Assembly (NCBI RefSeq): GCF_006345805.1
Contig: NC_042998.1
Span: forward strand, 171,368,001-171,432,000
From: Octopus sinensis
Taxonomy: Eukaryota
DNA: 64,000 bases
Direction of reading: 5' to 3'
The notes under the pieces are model-generated. The model saw nothing but the letters and a program-made list of their open reading frames with translations, was not told where the DNA came from and searched no databases. The position numbers and the translations under genes were made by a program. Shown in pieces: positions 50,298 through 62,800 of this stretch (within the stretch, counting starts at the first letter, position 1; each line of letters opens with the position of its first letter).

Positions 50298-51712
50298 GAA
50301 AACAGTTAAGATAGAAAATGCTAAAATGATTTTATAAAAAACATTTCAGTACCGGTTTCAGTCATTGAAACTTTTGCAAGTATGGAAAACAATTAACTTT
50401 TGGAAAGAAAAGTTTTTTTCAAAGAATATTTGCATAATGTTTCAATACAAGTGGCATTTTCCTTGTTTTTGCCTGTCTCTGTCTCTCTTGTTTACTATTG
50501 TGTGTGTGCGTGTGTGTACAATAAGAAACCAGTAAAGAAATATATTTTATAAAAAATATCAACCAAAATGAATTACATCATTCTTTAATTAACGCACATC
50601 AGCAGTTATATTCTGAAAAGAATGTGAAAAAATTACTTTTCGAATGGCAGAATCACTAGTTATGCCCATTATCATGAAAACAACTTAAGCAACATTAAAC
50701 GTACAGCTACTAGTGGCATTCCTTGTCACGAAAATGACATAACCGACATATCTTTACAAAATTAATGTGACATGGTACGAAATAAACACGAAAACAAAAA
50801 GAGGGATTAGAAGAGAGGAAAAATCTACACATATATATCGTAGATGCCTACATTATTTTTAATACACTCAAAGAATGAAAACCGCTTAATGTAAACAGAA
50901 CTTTGTACTTAAAATTATCTTTACTGAAAAAAGAGAGTTTGCTTTGTGAATTGTTCTTATAAATTTTAAGAATTATAGCTACCTCCATAAGGGGAAAAAA
51001 TAGCTTAATTTTTCTGTGAATTTTAAAAGAAATGTTTCCATTTCTTGAATTTTCACCGTGAAACAATTTTCCTTTCATTTATGTTTTAAAATATATTCAT
51101 CTTACTTTCTACTTTAATATATGTAAGTAAAAAGCAACCGGTGCATTTTTAACTATTAATTAGTATTTTACCCCCCCCCCCCCCTTCACACACACACATA
51201 CACACACACGTACAGACAGACACACACACGCAGAGGTGCACCAACATTTTTCTGGTAACTGAGGATACTACAAAACCTCCTTTAAATCAGATAAATTACG
51301 AGGAGGTGGAATTGAAACTCCTGTATCCGCCAGTCTAGTTCACTGCACGATCACTAATAGTGTTAAGTGTTTACATACATTATTTAGATTGCATTTGTTA
51401 GTGGCGATACCAAAATTTGGAGGGATCTTCTGTTTGTTTAACTTAAAGTTACAGAAAGAACTGAAATATCCGTGGTAGTGCCATATGTAAACAGAAATCC
51501 ATAGTGATCAAAAATAAAGTAGAACTTTTGAAAAAATGGATCATGGTATTTCGATAGTAAGCTATGTGTTATCTATATTGCAGGTGTATAATTAGTAGGT
51601 TAGAGGTGTGTTGATAAATTGTTATTAGGTGGCTAAGGATGGTCAGGCAAAAGTTAATTCGCCAGGGCTTTGGAACAATAAATACCAGAGGTCGGTAGTG
51701 CCCCAGTACTTA

Positions 51713-51943
51713 TATATACTTTTACTCTTTTACTCTTTTACTTGTTTCAGTCATTTGACTGCGGCCATGCTGGAGCACCGCCTTTAATCGAGCAACTCGA
51801 CCCCGGGACTTATTCTTTTGTAAGCCCAGTACTTATTCTATCGGTCTCTTTTGCCGAACCGCTAAATAACGGGGACATAAACACACCAGCATCGGTTGTC
51901 AAGCAATGCTAGGGGGACAAACACAGATACACAAACACACACA

Positions 51944-51989
<46 letters not shown>

Positions 51990-52155
51990 TACGACAGGCT
52001 TCTTTCAGTTTCCGTCTACCAAATCCACTCACAAGGCTTTGGTCGGCCCGAGTCTATAGTAGAAGACACTTGCCCAAGGTGCCACGCAGTGGGACTGAAC
52101 CCGGAACCATGTAGTTGGTAAACAAGCTACTTACCACACAGCCACTCCTGCGCCT
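51713..52155 (-). mobile_element. SINE S2, full length
   Basis: High identity to 41397-41814. Confidence 0.9.
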
Positions 52156-52157
52156 AT

Positions 52158-52268
52158 GATGAAAGGCAAAGTTGACCTCGGCGGAATTTGAACTCAGAAC
52201 GTAGCCGCAGACGAAATGCCACAAAGCATTTCGCCCGGCGTGCTAACGTTTCTACCAGCTCGCCGCCT
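52158..52268 (-). mobile_element. SINE S1 head fragment abutting S2
   Basis: Matches the S1 tRNA-like head. Confidence 0.85.
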
Positions 52269-52461
52269 ATATATAATACAGCGTACATTTAAGCATATTA
52301 AGAGGTTTCCACCATAGGAATCCCTTACGCTAGAAGGAACAGCTAAAGTCCAAATCACTAACTAGGAATAAATTCTCTAAGGGAGTGAAAAATAAAAACA
52401 TTTACCATCTATTTCTTGGACCATGGTTTCTGACTTATTTTAGCAAATAAAATAAGTCGGC

Positions 52462-53408
52462 AGTGATACCCCAGTCTCGCGCCATTTTCGCTCTACCGGT
52501 CACTCTTTGCAACACTTGTCCGTGTTCGGATTGTCCTTGCACAGGGGCCATCCGGACTCCTCTTTGCGTTGTGAACAGGGATTAATCTTCTCTCTTCGCT
52601 CCTTTGCGCCACATAGGCGCAACTCTCTTCCCCTCTTCATCTAACCTCCTCCACATCTATATCTTCCTACCCACCTCTCTTCTCTAACGCCGACTCCTAC
52701 TTCTTCCCTTCACTCCTACTCTCCTTTCTTCACTTCACTTCCACCCACCTTTTCTTCTCTTCAGTCCTACCCACCTTCTCCTTCTTCCATCGTCACCCTT
52801 CCCTCGTAAGCCCACCCATCCCCTACACATTCTAACCCCACCTTCCCTATCCTTCCCCATCGCACGCCACCCCACCCCCTTCACCCACCCATATACCCTA
52901 CCGTTACCCCCACTCCTGCCTCCCCCATCTCCAAACACCATCACACCACACCACACACCACTATACCATACACCACCATACCACACTACACATCACATCA
53001 CAACACGCGACTACGCACACATCAGCACTGACCACTTCCCAGACCCATATCTTCACACCTACACATACACGCACGCACATCAAGATCACCAGGCCTCTTC
53101 CACACGCACATACAACTCGCTTATACAAACGCACGGGCACCTTCGTTTTGGGATCACCACAGATTTGTTATCTCCCCTTCTCCCTAGCTCTTCTGCACGA
53201 CCCTTCTGTCCGGCCTTCATCATGATAGATCGCTAGCCACTACACATTCTTTATTTTCTCTCCTTGTTTCTTTCTGTGTTCCTTTCTGTGGAAGAGCGTA
53301 GGCTCGAAACGTTAAAGACTTTTTCACTACCCGAGCGTTATACTAATACATCTATTTGTTGTCTACACTACCTGTCTTCGTCTTTTGTTTTTTTTTTGTG
53401 AATTCTCC

Positions 53409-53410
<2 letters not shown>
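52462..53410 (+). mobile_element. 5'-truncated Penelope-like element: GIY-YIG C-terminus (52462-52644), pyrimidine/CA-rich 3' region, family B tail with variant hammerhead (53278-53319)
   Basis: SDTPVSRHFRSTGHSLQHLSVFGL..RCEQGLIFSLRSFAPHRRN matches the PLE endonuclease end PVA.HF...HS..E..LI..L....P.G.N; continuous to CUGUGGA-A-GAGC(GUAG)GCUC-GAAAC-GUU. Confidence 0.8.
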
Positions 53411-53443
<33 letters not shown>

Positions 53444-53446
<3 letters not shown>

Positions 53447-53738
53447 TCTTTTACTCTTTTACTTGTTTCAGTCATTTGATTGCAGCCATGCTGCAGCACC
53501 GCCTTTAGACGAACAAACGAACCCCAGGACTTTGTAAGCCTAGTAATTAATCTATCGGTATCTTTTGCCGAACCGCTAAATTACGGGAACGTAAACACAC
53601 TAATATTGATTGTCAAGTGATGGTGGGGGGACAAACACACACGCACATATATATATATATATATATATACAACGGGCTTCTTTCAGTTTCCGTTTGCCAA
53701 ACCTTCTCACAAGGCCTTGGTCGGCCCGAGGCTATAGT
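53444..53738 (-). mobile_element. SINE S2, 5'-truncated
   Basis: Tail and body homologous to other S2 copies. Confidence 0.85.
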
Positions 53739-53974
53739 ACCATGTATATATATATATATATATATAATATATATATAATATATATACTACAAAATTAGAG
53801 AATGGAGAAACATACTTAAATCAATAAAACATCAACTATCCGATGATACCCAATCAATACTTTAATACACCATTACATATGAGTAAAGGCATTATACAAA
53901 ATGAGATATACAGTGATAGTAAAAAGATAAAGAGATATAAGTAAAAAATTTCAAATATAATATGCAATTAAATC

Positions 53975-54090
53975 AAAACTGACAGCTGTTTCGGCAGTGA
54001 GGGCAGTCATACCTCATTTAACCTCTAAGCCACAAAGGCAGGTATAAATGAGGCATTAACAAGGATGCCCCACGGCCTCTTCAGAGAATT
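53975..54090 (-). ncRNA. Type I hammerhead motif with an 85-nt stem II domain (D)
   Basis: CU-CUGAAGA-GGC[long hairpin]GCC-GAAAC-AGCU-GUC-AG; stem I is weak. Confidence 0.65.
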
Positions 54091-54230
54091 AAATTAAATT
54101 TGTTATAATTGTGAAAAATATTATATAACCATATACATATAAATATAAAAATATAAAAATGTAAAATATAAAAACTTATACATCATAATGCTACACTTAT
54201 ATAATATAATATCTCAACCCCTATCTCATT

Positions 54231-54274
<44 letters not shown>

Positions 54275-54276
<2 letters not shown>

Positions 54277-54668
54277 TTTACTCTTTTACTTGTTTCAGTC
54301 ATTTGACTGTGGCCATGCTGGAACACCTTTAGTCGAGCAAATCGATCCCAGGACTTATTCTTTGTAAGCATAGTACTTATTCTATCGGTCTCTTTTGCCG
54401 AACCGCTAAGTTACGGGTGCGTAAACACACCAGCATCGTTTGTCCAGCGATGTTGGGGGTGGGCAAACACAGACACACAAACATATACACATACATACAT
54501 ATATATACATATATACGACGGGTTTCTTTCAGTTTCCCTCTACCAAATCCACTCACAAGGCTTTGGTCGGCTTAAGGCTATAGTAGACGACACTTGCCCA
54601 AGATGCCACGCTGTGGGACTGAACCCGGAACCATGTAGTTCGTAAGCAAGCTACTTACCACACGCCTC
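54275..54668 (-). mobile_element. SINE S2
   Basis: Homologous to 41397-41814. Confidence 0.88.
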
Positions 54669-54676
54669 TTTTATAT

Positions 54677-54756
<80 letters not shown>

Positions 54757-54963
54757 AAATGGAAAGATGAATTATCTTGTTACGGATTATTCAAAAGTTT
54801 AACCGATACCTGGGTAGCAAAAATCATAGCGGAAAAAACACGGTTGGAGATATGACCATATGGTGTTGCAACCGTGCGTTGGCGCGGATAATTGATGTTT
54901 AATATAATTAGTGAATGGAAGAAATGGAGTTGAACGAAGATTGTACAGAATTCCTTTTATTAC

Positions 54964-55044
54964 ATTCTACACATGTTTCAAAGGCCACAATTTTCCAAAT
55001 TCTGATTAAATAAGGATACCATATTGCAGCTTTCTCTTCAGGAA
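54964..55044 (-). ncRNA. Type I hammerhead motif (C1)
   Basis: UUC-CUGAAGA-GAAAGCUGCAAU..AUUGUGGCCUUU-GAAAC-AUGU-GUA-GAA; 12-position stem II with one mismatch, stem I 3 bp. Confidence 0.6.
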
Positions 55045-55079
55045 AAACCAGGAATTACGTTGTCAGAACAAAACAAAAC

Positions 55080-55194
55080 AAAAGCGCAGCAAAGCAATTC
55101 GAACGAGGACGCTCCTTAAGAGCCCATGGGTAAAAATGTTTTACCCATGGGCTCTTAAGGAGCGTCCTCGTTCGAATTGCTTTGCTGCGCTTTT
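55080..55194. repeat. Perfect 56-bp inverted repeat with a 3-nt spacer
   Basis: 55080-55135 is the exact reverse complement of 55139-55194. Confidence 0.95.
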
Positions 55195-55562
55195 CTGTGA
55201 TAAGACTGTACATCATCTTTAAAGAACTTTAATGAACTTTGGAAATCTGTTTATGTTACTTAATTATCTACATTACTTCATGAGTATAGCCTCAACCACT
55301 AGGATGTCTAGAGAACTCACATGTATTTTAGCTGATGAGTACGGGACACGTTTATATGCTGTAATTTTTACAACTTTTAATAAAGCCTGTCCTTGTATGA
55401 AACGATTGTACTAAAAACCTATCCATTCTTGTTGCTTCTTTCTCGCTTATAATCACCCCACATTACTGTATTGTTAAAACAGTATAGTTTTTTTTGGTGC
55501 ATCTAAGTTAGGTACCATATTCAAGTAAATTCATTTAAATTAACTTGAATCTTTATTGCTTT

Positions 55563-55690
<128 letters not shown>

Positions 55691-56281
55691 ATATATATAT
55701 ATGTATAATACACACACACACACATATAGACATAGATACATATACGTGTTACGTCTCTGTAGCCATACATATATATATATATATATATATAATATATGGT
55801 ATGTAATGGAAAGTATAAGCATTGTATTGTCTGTTTGCTATTAAGAACTCTTGAAATACTAAAAGCCATAAAGAAAATTCTGGAATAAGTAACGTAAACT
55901 TTGATGAAAAACATAAACTTACTTCAGTGGAATTAGATGAACTGAACAAAGGTATTACTTATATTAAATTTCATACTAGCTAATAATGGAGAAGTAACAT
56001 TTTGGCTCCCACGCACATACGCGAATCAGTACTAAAATGTATCATATAAAGTCATCATACAAATAAAAGGCATTATATGAAATATGTATAGCACCCCGCT
56101 CATGGCAATATCGAAACTTAGATACTATCTAAATAATTGAATAAATAAAAGGATTGTATTATGAAAAAGGGATTAATTCGACTGAATGCTTTATAACATT
56201 CTATTACAAGGTTATAGAGGGTTATAATTATAGAAATGTAAAGAGTGGTACACATACATACGTATAGGTGTGTGTGTGTGT

Positions 56282-56357
<76 letters not shown>

Positions 56358-56542
56358 TAAGGATAAACACGTTTATATTATGGATCCTATACATGTTTCC
56401 TCATTATGGTTGTTTGGAGCCCTACAATATGCATTCTAAGTGCATTTAGATGCTCAATCACAACCGGTTGTCAGGGAAAACTTTATTGCATTAAGTTTAC
56501 AGAGATAGAGATAGAGATAGATTGATAGATAGATAGATAGAT

Positions 56543-56592
<50 letters not shown>

Positions 56593-57403
56593 AAACACAC
56601 TGATAGTGTGTGTGGTAATAGTTTGGTTAAAACTAATGGTGTATAAATATGTTTGAGAGCTTTTATAAATTTGTATAAAGTGACAATTTAACTAACATAC
56701 TCGTATGCGATGTTACAACCTTTTGTTTTTTAATCTGCTAAACTAGATATGCACGTGAGAAAATACGGTGGGTGGCTGCGTTTGTAAAGGCATACTCATA
56801 CTTATTTTTATAATTATCATTCGTGCTTGATTATTTTATTTATATATTTTCCAATTATTTCTTAGTTGTAAGTATAAACATGTTTATATATTTATAAACT
56901 ATAAGTACACATTGAAACATCGACTTATATTTTCAAACTTAGAGGTAATTTTTTCTGTCACTTTTAAAAAAAACTTCGCATCAACTTGTTGAATGGCTGT
57001 GCATTCTCAAAGTATACACACACACACGCACACACACACACATGTATATATACATACTCTTATGCACACTTATATAAACATGAGTATTTTTTAAATAAAA
57101 AAATGTTTAAAAATTATAAAAATTAAATTGATGAGCATTAATACAGTCCTGATAAACAATATGATAAGAATAGAAAGACTGTAAGTTGTAATGAAGTGGC
57201 AGTTGTATAGGCCTGTTAGAGTAAGGTATAAAAAGCTTAGCTTGTTTACTACACCATATTCTCTGGTTTCCTTTTCCCTTTAATCTTTCTCTCTCCCCCT
57301 CTGTCTGTCTGTCTGTCTCTCTCTGTGACACGCCTCAATACGCATCTCTCTTAGACAACTATATATATATATATATATATATACGTGTATGTATGTATGT
57401 GGA

Positions 57404-57655
57404 GGATCGCGGTTTCGATTCCCAGACCGGGCGTTGTGAGTGTTTATTGAGCGAAAACACCTAAAAAGCTCCACGAGGCTCTGGCAGGGGGTGATGATCC
57501 CTGCTGTACTCTTTCACCACTCTTTCTCCCACTCTTTCTTCTCTTGGCCTGCTCGCTTAGCCAGCGGGGTGGCGTCATTCGAAGGCTAAAACAATGCAAA
57601 CGCATTGTGATCAGCGATGTGTAACTACATCTGATGGACTGGTAGGTCACGTGAT
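57404..57655 (+). mobile_element. SINE with an S4-type body and an alternative tail
   Basis: Body matches 25057-25180; tail differs. Confidence 0.8.
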
Positions 57656-57671
57656 ATATATATATATATAT

Positions 57672-57920
57672 CGGTGTCAATCAGGCGGATGTTGTTATAC
57701 ACCGCTGAGCACAATACACTTCGCATTGTTTTAGCTTCTGAATGATGTCACCTCGCTGGCTAGGCGGCCGGGCCTACATTTCCCTTGAACAGAATGTCAG
57801 TCCAGAGTTATGTTCACGGGATTACCCGTCGCTGGTTTACCCATTTACAGCTGAGTGGACTGGAGCAACAAGAAATGAAGTATTTTGCTCAAGAATATAA
57901 CGTACAACCGGTCTGGAAAT
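57672..57920 (-). mobile_element. SINE with an S3-type central domain and the same tail as 57546-57640
   Basis: CAGCTGAGTGGACTGGAGCAACAAGAAATGAAG matches S3; tail is the inverted homologue of the neighbour's tail. Confidence 0.75.
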
Positions 57921-58599
57921 GTAGACCATACACATATAAATGCACACGCGCAATATATACAGACACAGAGAGAAAACAACAGTATATGTCAGAAATCTTT
58001 GGTTATTAAAATTTCTCATTAGAAAGTTATAGCTTTGGTAACTTTGTACAGAATTTCTCATTAGAAAGTTATAGCTTTGGTAACTTTGTACAGAATTTCA
58101 AATACCATAGAAGATGGAAATGAATTATTTTTGGTTTCACATTTAGATTTATTTTTACCTCGAAAACATTCAAATATTAACTTCTGGAATGGGTCTTAAT
58201 TTTAAGTTTGGAAAAATATTATCACAAGCATTATAAAAATACACTGCCTCATTCATAGTGTATAATGCTTGGATCTTTTAAAAAATATACACAAATTTAA
58301 ATGCGAAAAAAATCAAGCTAAATGATTTTATGTCTTCCGCGGTATTTGAAACTGCGTACTAAATTTTCAAAGAAATAGTTGTCTTTTTTTTAAACAGGGT
58401 ATTGTAATAACAATAGCGTTTCAATATTTACTGTCTATATATTTTGTGTTGCAGATATGTTTTATATTAATATACACGCATGCAAATGTGAATCAATAAA
58501 AGAATATTTAATTTCTATCTTCCGTGTTATTGAAAACTGTCTGTTAACTTTTCGAAGGTATAATATTTAAATGAATAATTTTAATAACGCTACCTGGCA

Positions 58600-60050
58600 T
58601 GTCTGTGAAATATACTGCGAAGCTTGCCAGAGATAATGCCTCTTAAAAGATGATGTAGACCAAAACAGTACTTTGAAAACAGCTTTCTCCTAACAGTTTC
58701 CAAGTAGGATGAACAATCTCCTTGTTATAATTGTTTGTAGTTCTTCATTCAATCCTCAGCACTTTGGAATGATCATCAAAACAGTATAACAGAAGATATA
58801 CTGTATCAAGAACAAGAGCAAAAAAGAAACACCAAAAATCAAGCAGAAATACTAAACCCATAATTTGTCTCTGACATGTACAATCAAGTCCTAATCTTTA
58901 TTGGAAATACTTTATAATCCATTGCTGATAAGGTTCTTGGCCAGTATAAACTATCAGTCTTAATGCTAATTTTAGCTGCAAGTTTTTATTGAAAGATTCA
59001 GGAAACAAAGACATTTAACAACGGAAACAGTATGTCCGGCGAAATGAATTACTTTAGTTTCTAGAAGAAAAATTGCGGATCTTTTCGGTTTGAACGGCAG
59101 TTTTTTCTAGCGGTGTTATATGAAATTGTCACCCATAAGTATGACCCTAGTATCGATCTATTGCATTTCAATCTGTTTTAGGGTTAGGATTAGTTTGGGT
59201 TAGGGGTAGGGGGAAGGGTATCTTTTTTTTCTTCAGAAATGTAAGTAAACCCAATCTGTTTCTTAAACGAGGGACATATTCATTCGACACAGAATGTTTT
59301 TTTTACCTCAATAGAAGTCAGTGATTGGTTGAAATTGCAGAAATTGAAGAAAACAAAAACAAATATCTTACAAACTATAGAATTTTCTCAATAAAGCCAA
59401 GAGAAAAAAGATATTTTATAAACACATTCTACCAGTATACGAAGTTTAAAATGTTTTAGTTACCTAGAAATTATGTTAAAAACTGCCGTTCAAACCGAAA
59501 AGATCCAAAATTGCTTATTATAAGTAAGAAACACTTGGTAGCATATGAATTGAGAAGAAAAGTTTTCCTTGATGCTTCGAGTGAAACCGTCATAACTTCT
59601 TTGATCAAACTAATTTTGATAAAGATTTCTTTCATTCATGCAGATTACTGTTGCAGTGGTTTCATCTGGGATTGCTACAATTTATCTCTCTTCTAACATG
59701 AAGTTTTTCAATTAAGAGATGTTGCAGTAAACTAGTTCGCATTATTTCAGCAACGACAATGGTCAGCTATCAATGAACATTAGGAGTAGAGATGTCAAAA
59801 TACCAAATTATTGTAGAACAATCAAGACATCTGAAGATATGACATTGAAAGTTTGCCTTAACTAGGCACCTGAAATTGACATTGAGGAGATATTAATGCT
59901 GTCATCATCTAATGAGTGCCAGTCGTATCCAGATGGTATAGGTAAGTTGATACTGTAATTTACGTTATGCTCTGCAACGGAGTTTTTCAACTCTCTTCCG
60001 ACCACTGATGTCTCTCCTTACAATATACAACTGAAAGTAGAAGCAAACGT
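58600..60050 (+). mobile_element. Decayed Helitron Rep/helicase (PIF1-like) remnant, interrupted by MITE copy 2
   Basis: In order: WNDHQNSITEDILYQ, VFLDASSETVITSLI (degenerate FLDAPGGTGKTFLI), VAVVSSGIAT (VASSGIAA), TEFFNSL..SPYNIQLKVEA (EFLNSL..PPH.L.LKVG). Confidence 0.7.
59078..59506 (+). mobile_element. Merlin-like MITE copy 2
   Basis: Same TIRs; TSD AAAATTGC on both sides. Confidence 0.85.
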
Positions 60051-60651
60051 TAACACATCCCTGAATGGGACGCCTCCGTCGCAGAGTTAACTTTCCTGTT
60101 ATTGCAAGAACTCATTTACTAGAGCAACATGGGTGGACTAGAGCAACATGAAATGATGGGTTTTCCAGACTGGGAATCAAAAGCGCGATCTTATATGATA
60201 AGTGCAAAACATAAAAAGACTAGCTGCTGAAATTCTTAAGCACCATGTAATCTAAGTCATCATAATTAGTTGTGTCAAGAGAAAACGTGTTCCAGTCCAG
60301 CTATACCCATCGTCCCATCAGACTTTACTGCAAGTACCTTTAGTTCTAGTGATATCTTTTTCAACTACCACCAGCAAATCTCAATGACAATTCTTCGGAG
60401 TTGCTGGAACTGAGTTAACAATTCCCCTTTAGCATCATAATTAAAACTGGTTGTGTCCAGAAATAATATTTTTCATCCCATCTTCCTATCAGATATATCA
60501 TTTCTGTTCATGATTCCTGAGAACCTATAATCATTAGCAAGTCTCATGGCTTTCTTAGATTGAACTAACAAAAATTTCTCTCATGGTCATCTCTATGTTA
60601 TATACTCACGTCTATGGTCAAGCAGACATTTTTCTTGTCAAAATACCAAAC

Positions 60652-61075
60652 GGATCTTTTCGGTTTGAACGGCAGTTTCTAACATAATTTCTAGGTAACT
60701 AAAACATTTTAAACTTCGTATACTGGTAGAATGTGTTTATAAAACATCTTTTTCTCTTGGCTTTATTGAGAACATTCTATAGTTTGTAAGATATTTGTTG
60801 TTGTTTTTTCTTCAATTTCTGCAATTTCAACCAATCACTGACGTGTATCGAGGTAAAAAACATTCAATGCCGTATGAATATGTCCCTCGTTTAAGAAACA
60901 GATTGGGTTTATTTACATTTCTGAAGAAAAAAAAGATACCCTTCCCCCCACCCCTAACCCTAACCCTAACCCTAAAAGAGATTGAAATGCAATAGATCGA
61001 TACTAGGGTCATAATTATGGGTGACAATTTCATATGACACTGCTAGAAAAACTGCCGTTCAAACCGAAAAGATCC
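60652..61075 (-). mobile_element. Merlin-like MITE copy 3, inverted
   Basis: Same TIRs; TSD TACCAAAC/CACCAAAC (7 of 8). Confidence 0.85.
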
Positions 61076-61806
61076 CACCAAACTTCAGAACAAGAAATGT
61101 TGCCTACACAGGAACTCTTTCCGAATAAAACACATTGTTGTTAGAATTGCTTCTATTTTATGTGTAGCACATCAATTTAGAATTACAAGAAATTTATAAC
61201 GTAAAACATAAAAATAAATCACTGAATTAAATTAATCAAAAAAGCTCAGTTTCAAAAGCATCGCATCACAGAAGCCAGCAAAAATAAATTAACATTAGAA
61301 ATTTATCTGCTTTACCATAAAAAATACTATCATCTTTGCTTGGCTTCGTAAATGAAGATTCATGAAGGGTCGTTTCGTATCGACTGCAAGGTCAATCCAT
61401 TATAGGCAGTCTCAGCTACAACAGTTGCAAGGAAAATATTATTCAGGGTTCGGTGCTGCTTTGTTACGGTTCTTTGTCATTCAAATTAGTCATCAAAGTC
61501 ACCTCGGAATGCATTCACGAAAGAAGAGACTGACTTGGAAAATGAAGTCTACAATAGTAGTCAACAATAGTGGACTACTGGCCACAGTAAAAATGAATTA
61601 CATCGACGTTTGCTATAAGTTGAGTACTTTGCTTAACAACGAAACAAAGAGGTTTTTCTACTACATATTTACCACCCGAACAACATCGGAGAGATCTACT
61701 TGCATTACGCACACGCAGAAATACATACACGTACACACACACGCGCGCGTGTTGATAACGTATATACATGCATGCATACATACATACATACATACATGCA
61801 TGATTG

Positions 61807-61850
<44 letters not shown>

Positions 61851-61851
61851 G

Positions 61852-61883
<32 letters not shown>

Positions 61884-61949
61884 TATATATAGATATATAT
61901 ATATATAAAGCAGAGTTGGCCCCAGGAACCAGACCAGATGAAAGCCACT

Positions 61950-62165
61950 CTCTTCCGTTATTGCATTGACCCAAATACCTGGGGAAAAAATCGCCAAAGG
62001 GGTGGCCTGTCGTCGTCGAGGAAACAGGCTTGATGGAAAATAAAAGACTCCAAGATGCAGAGATTGGACGTCGAAGACGCGAAGAGCGACTCGTGCTTCC
62101 TCTTCCCCCGCCAACCTTACTCTGCGATAAATGCCTCCGGCACCCATCACTCGCTTGCTATATGT
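61950..62165 (+). mobile_element. RTE (BovB-like) ORF C-terminal remnant
   Basis: IDPNTW..ENKRLQDAEIGRRRREER..PPPTLLCDKC. Confidence 0.65.
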
Positions 62166-62270
62166 GTGTTGAAACTGAAGCGACTATGTTGGGAAAAACC
62201 ATTTAACACAAAATACTGTTAAAAGTCACTTTAAAATTTCAAGAGAAAGTATGTACATAATTCACGCACG

Positions 62271-62308
<38 letters not shown>

Positions 62309-62748
62309 AAAAGTCCGGAAATATGAGATGAATATATCTATTTCACCAATAGATAGTCATAAGATTACTATCATTTCGCAGCCAATATCCTTCTATCTTT
62401 TATATACGCCTAATGAAATAATCATCACTAATTGGATTTACTGCATAAGCTTATACATTATGCCTCTCTTTTACACCTCTCTGTATTAGTTTACTATGTG
62501 GTTTGTATACTGGTCCACTAAAGGAGCCTCTTTGTGGGTACCACCGGATTAGATAAATCCATATACTGTGCATTAATATATATATATATATATATATTAG
62601 CAGAAATAAAGTACTCAGAAATCTTGATGGTTTTATATTTACAAATTCATATTAATATGTCACATGTTTTTATAAATTATATATTAGCGCTTGCATCCAC
62701 TCTAATGGATTCTACAATCTGAAGAATACACTAGAATGATTGCGAGCG

Positions 62749-62800
<52 letters not shown>

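Noticed and set aside
50347-50385. UUGCAAA-AGUU(UCAAU)GACU-GAAAC-CG-GUA on the minus strand
   Set aside because: Core and stem I are too degenerate to call a ribozyme; counted only as a probable fossil
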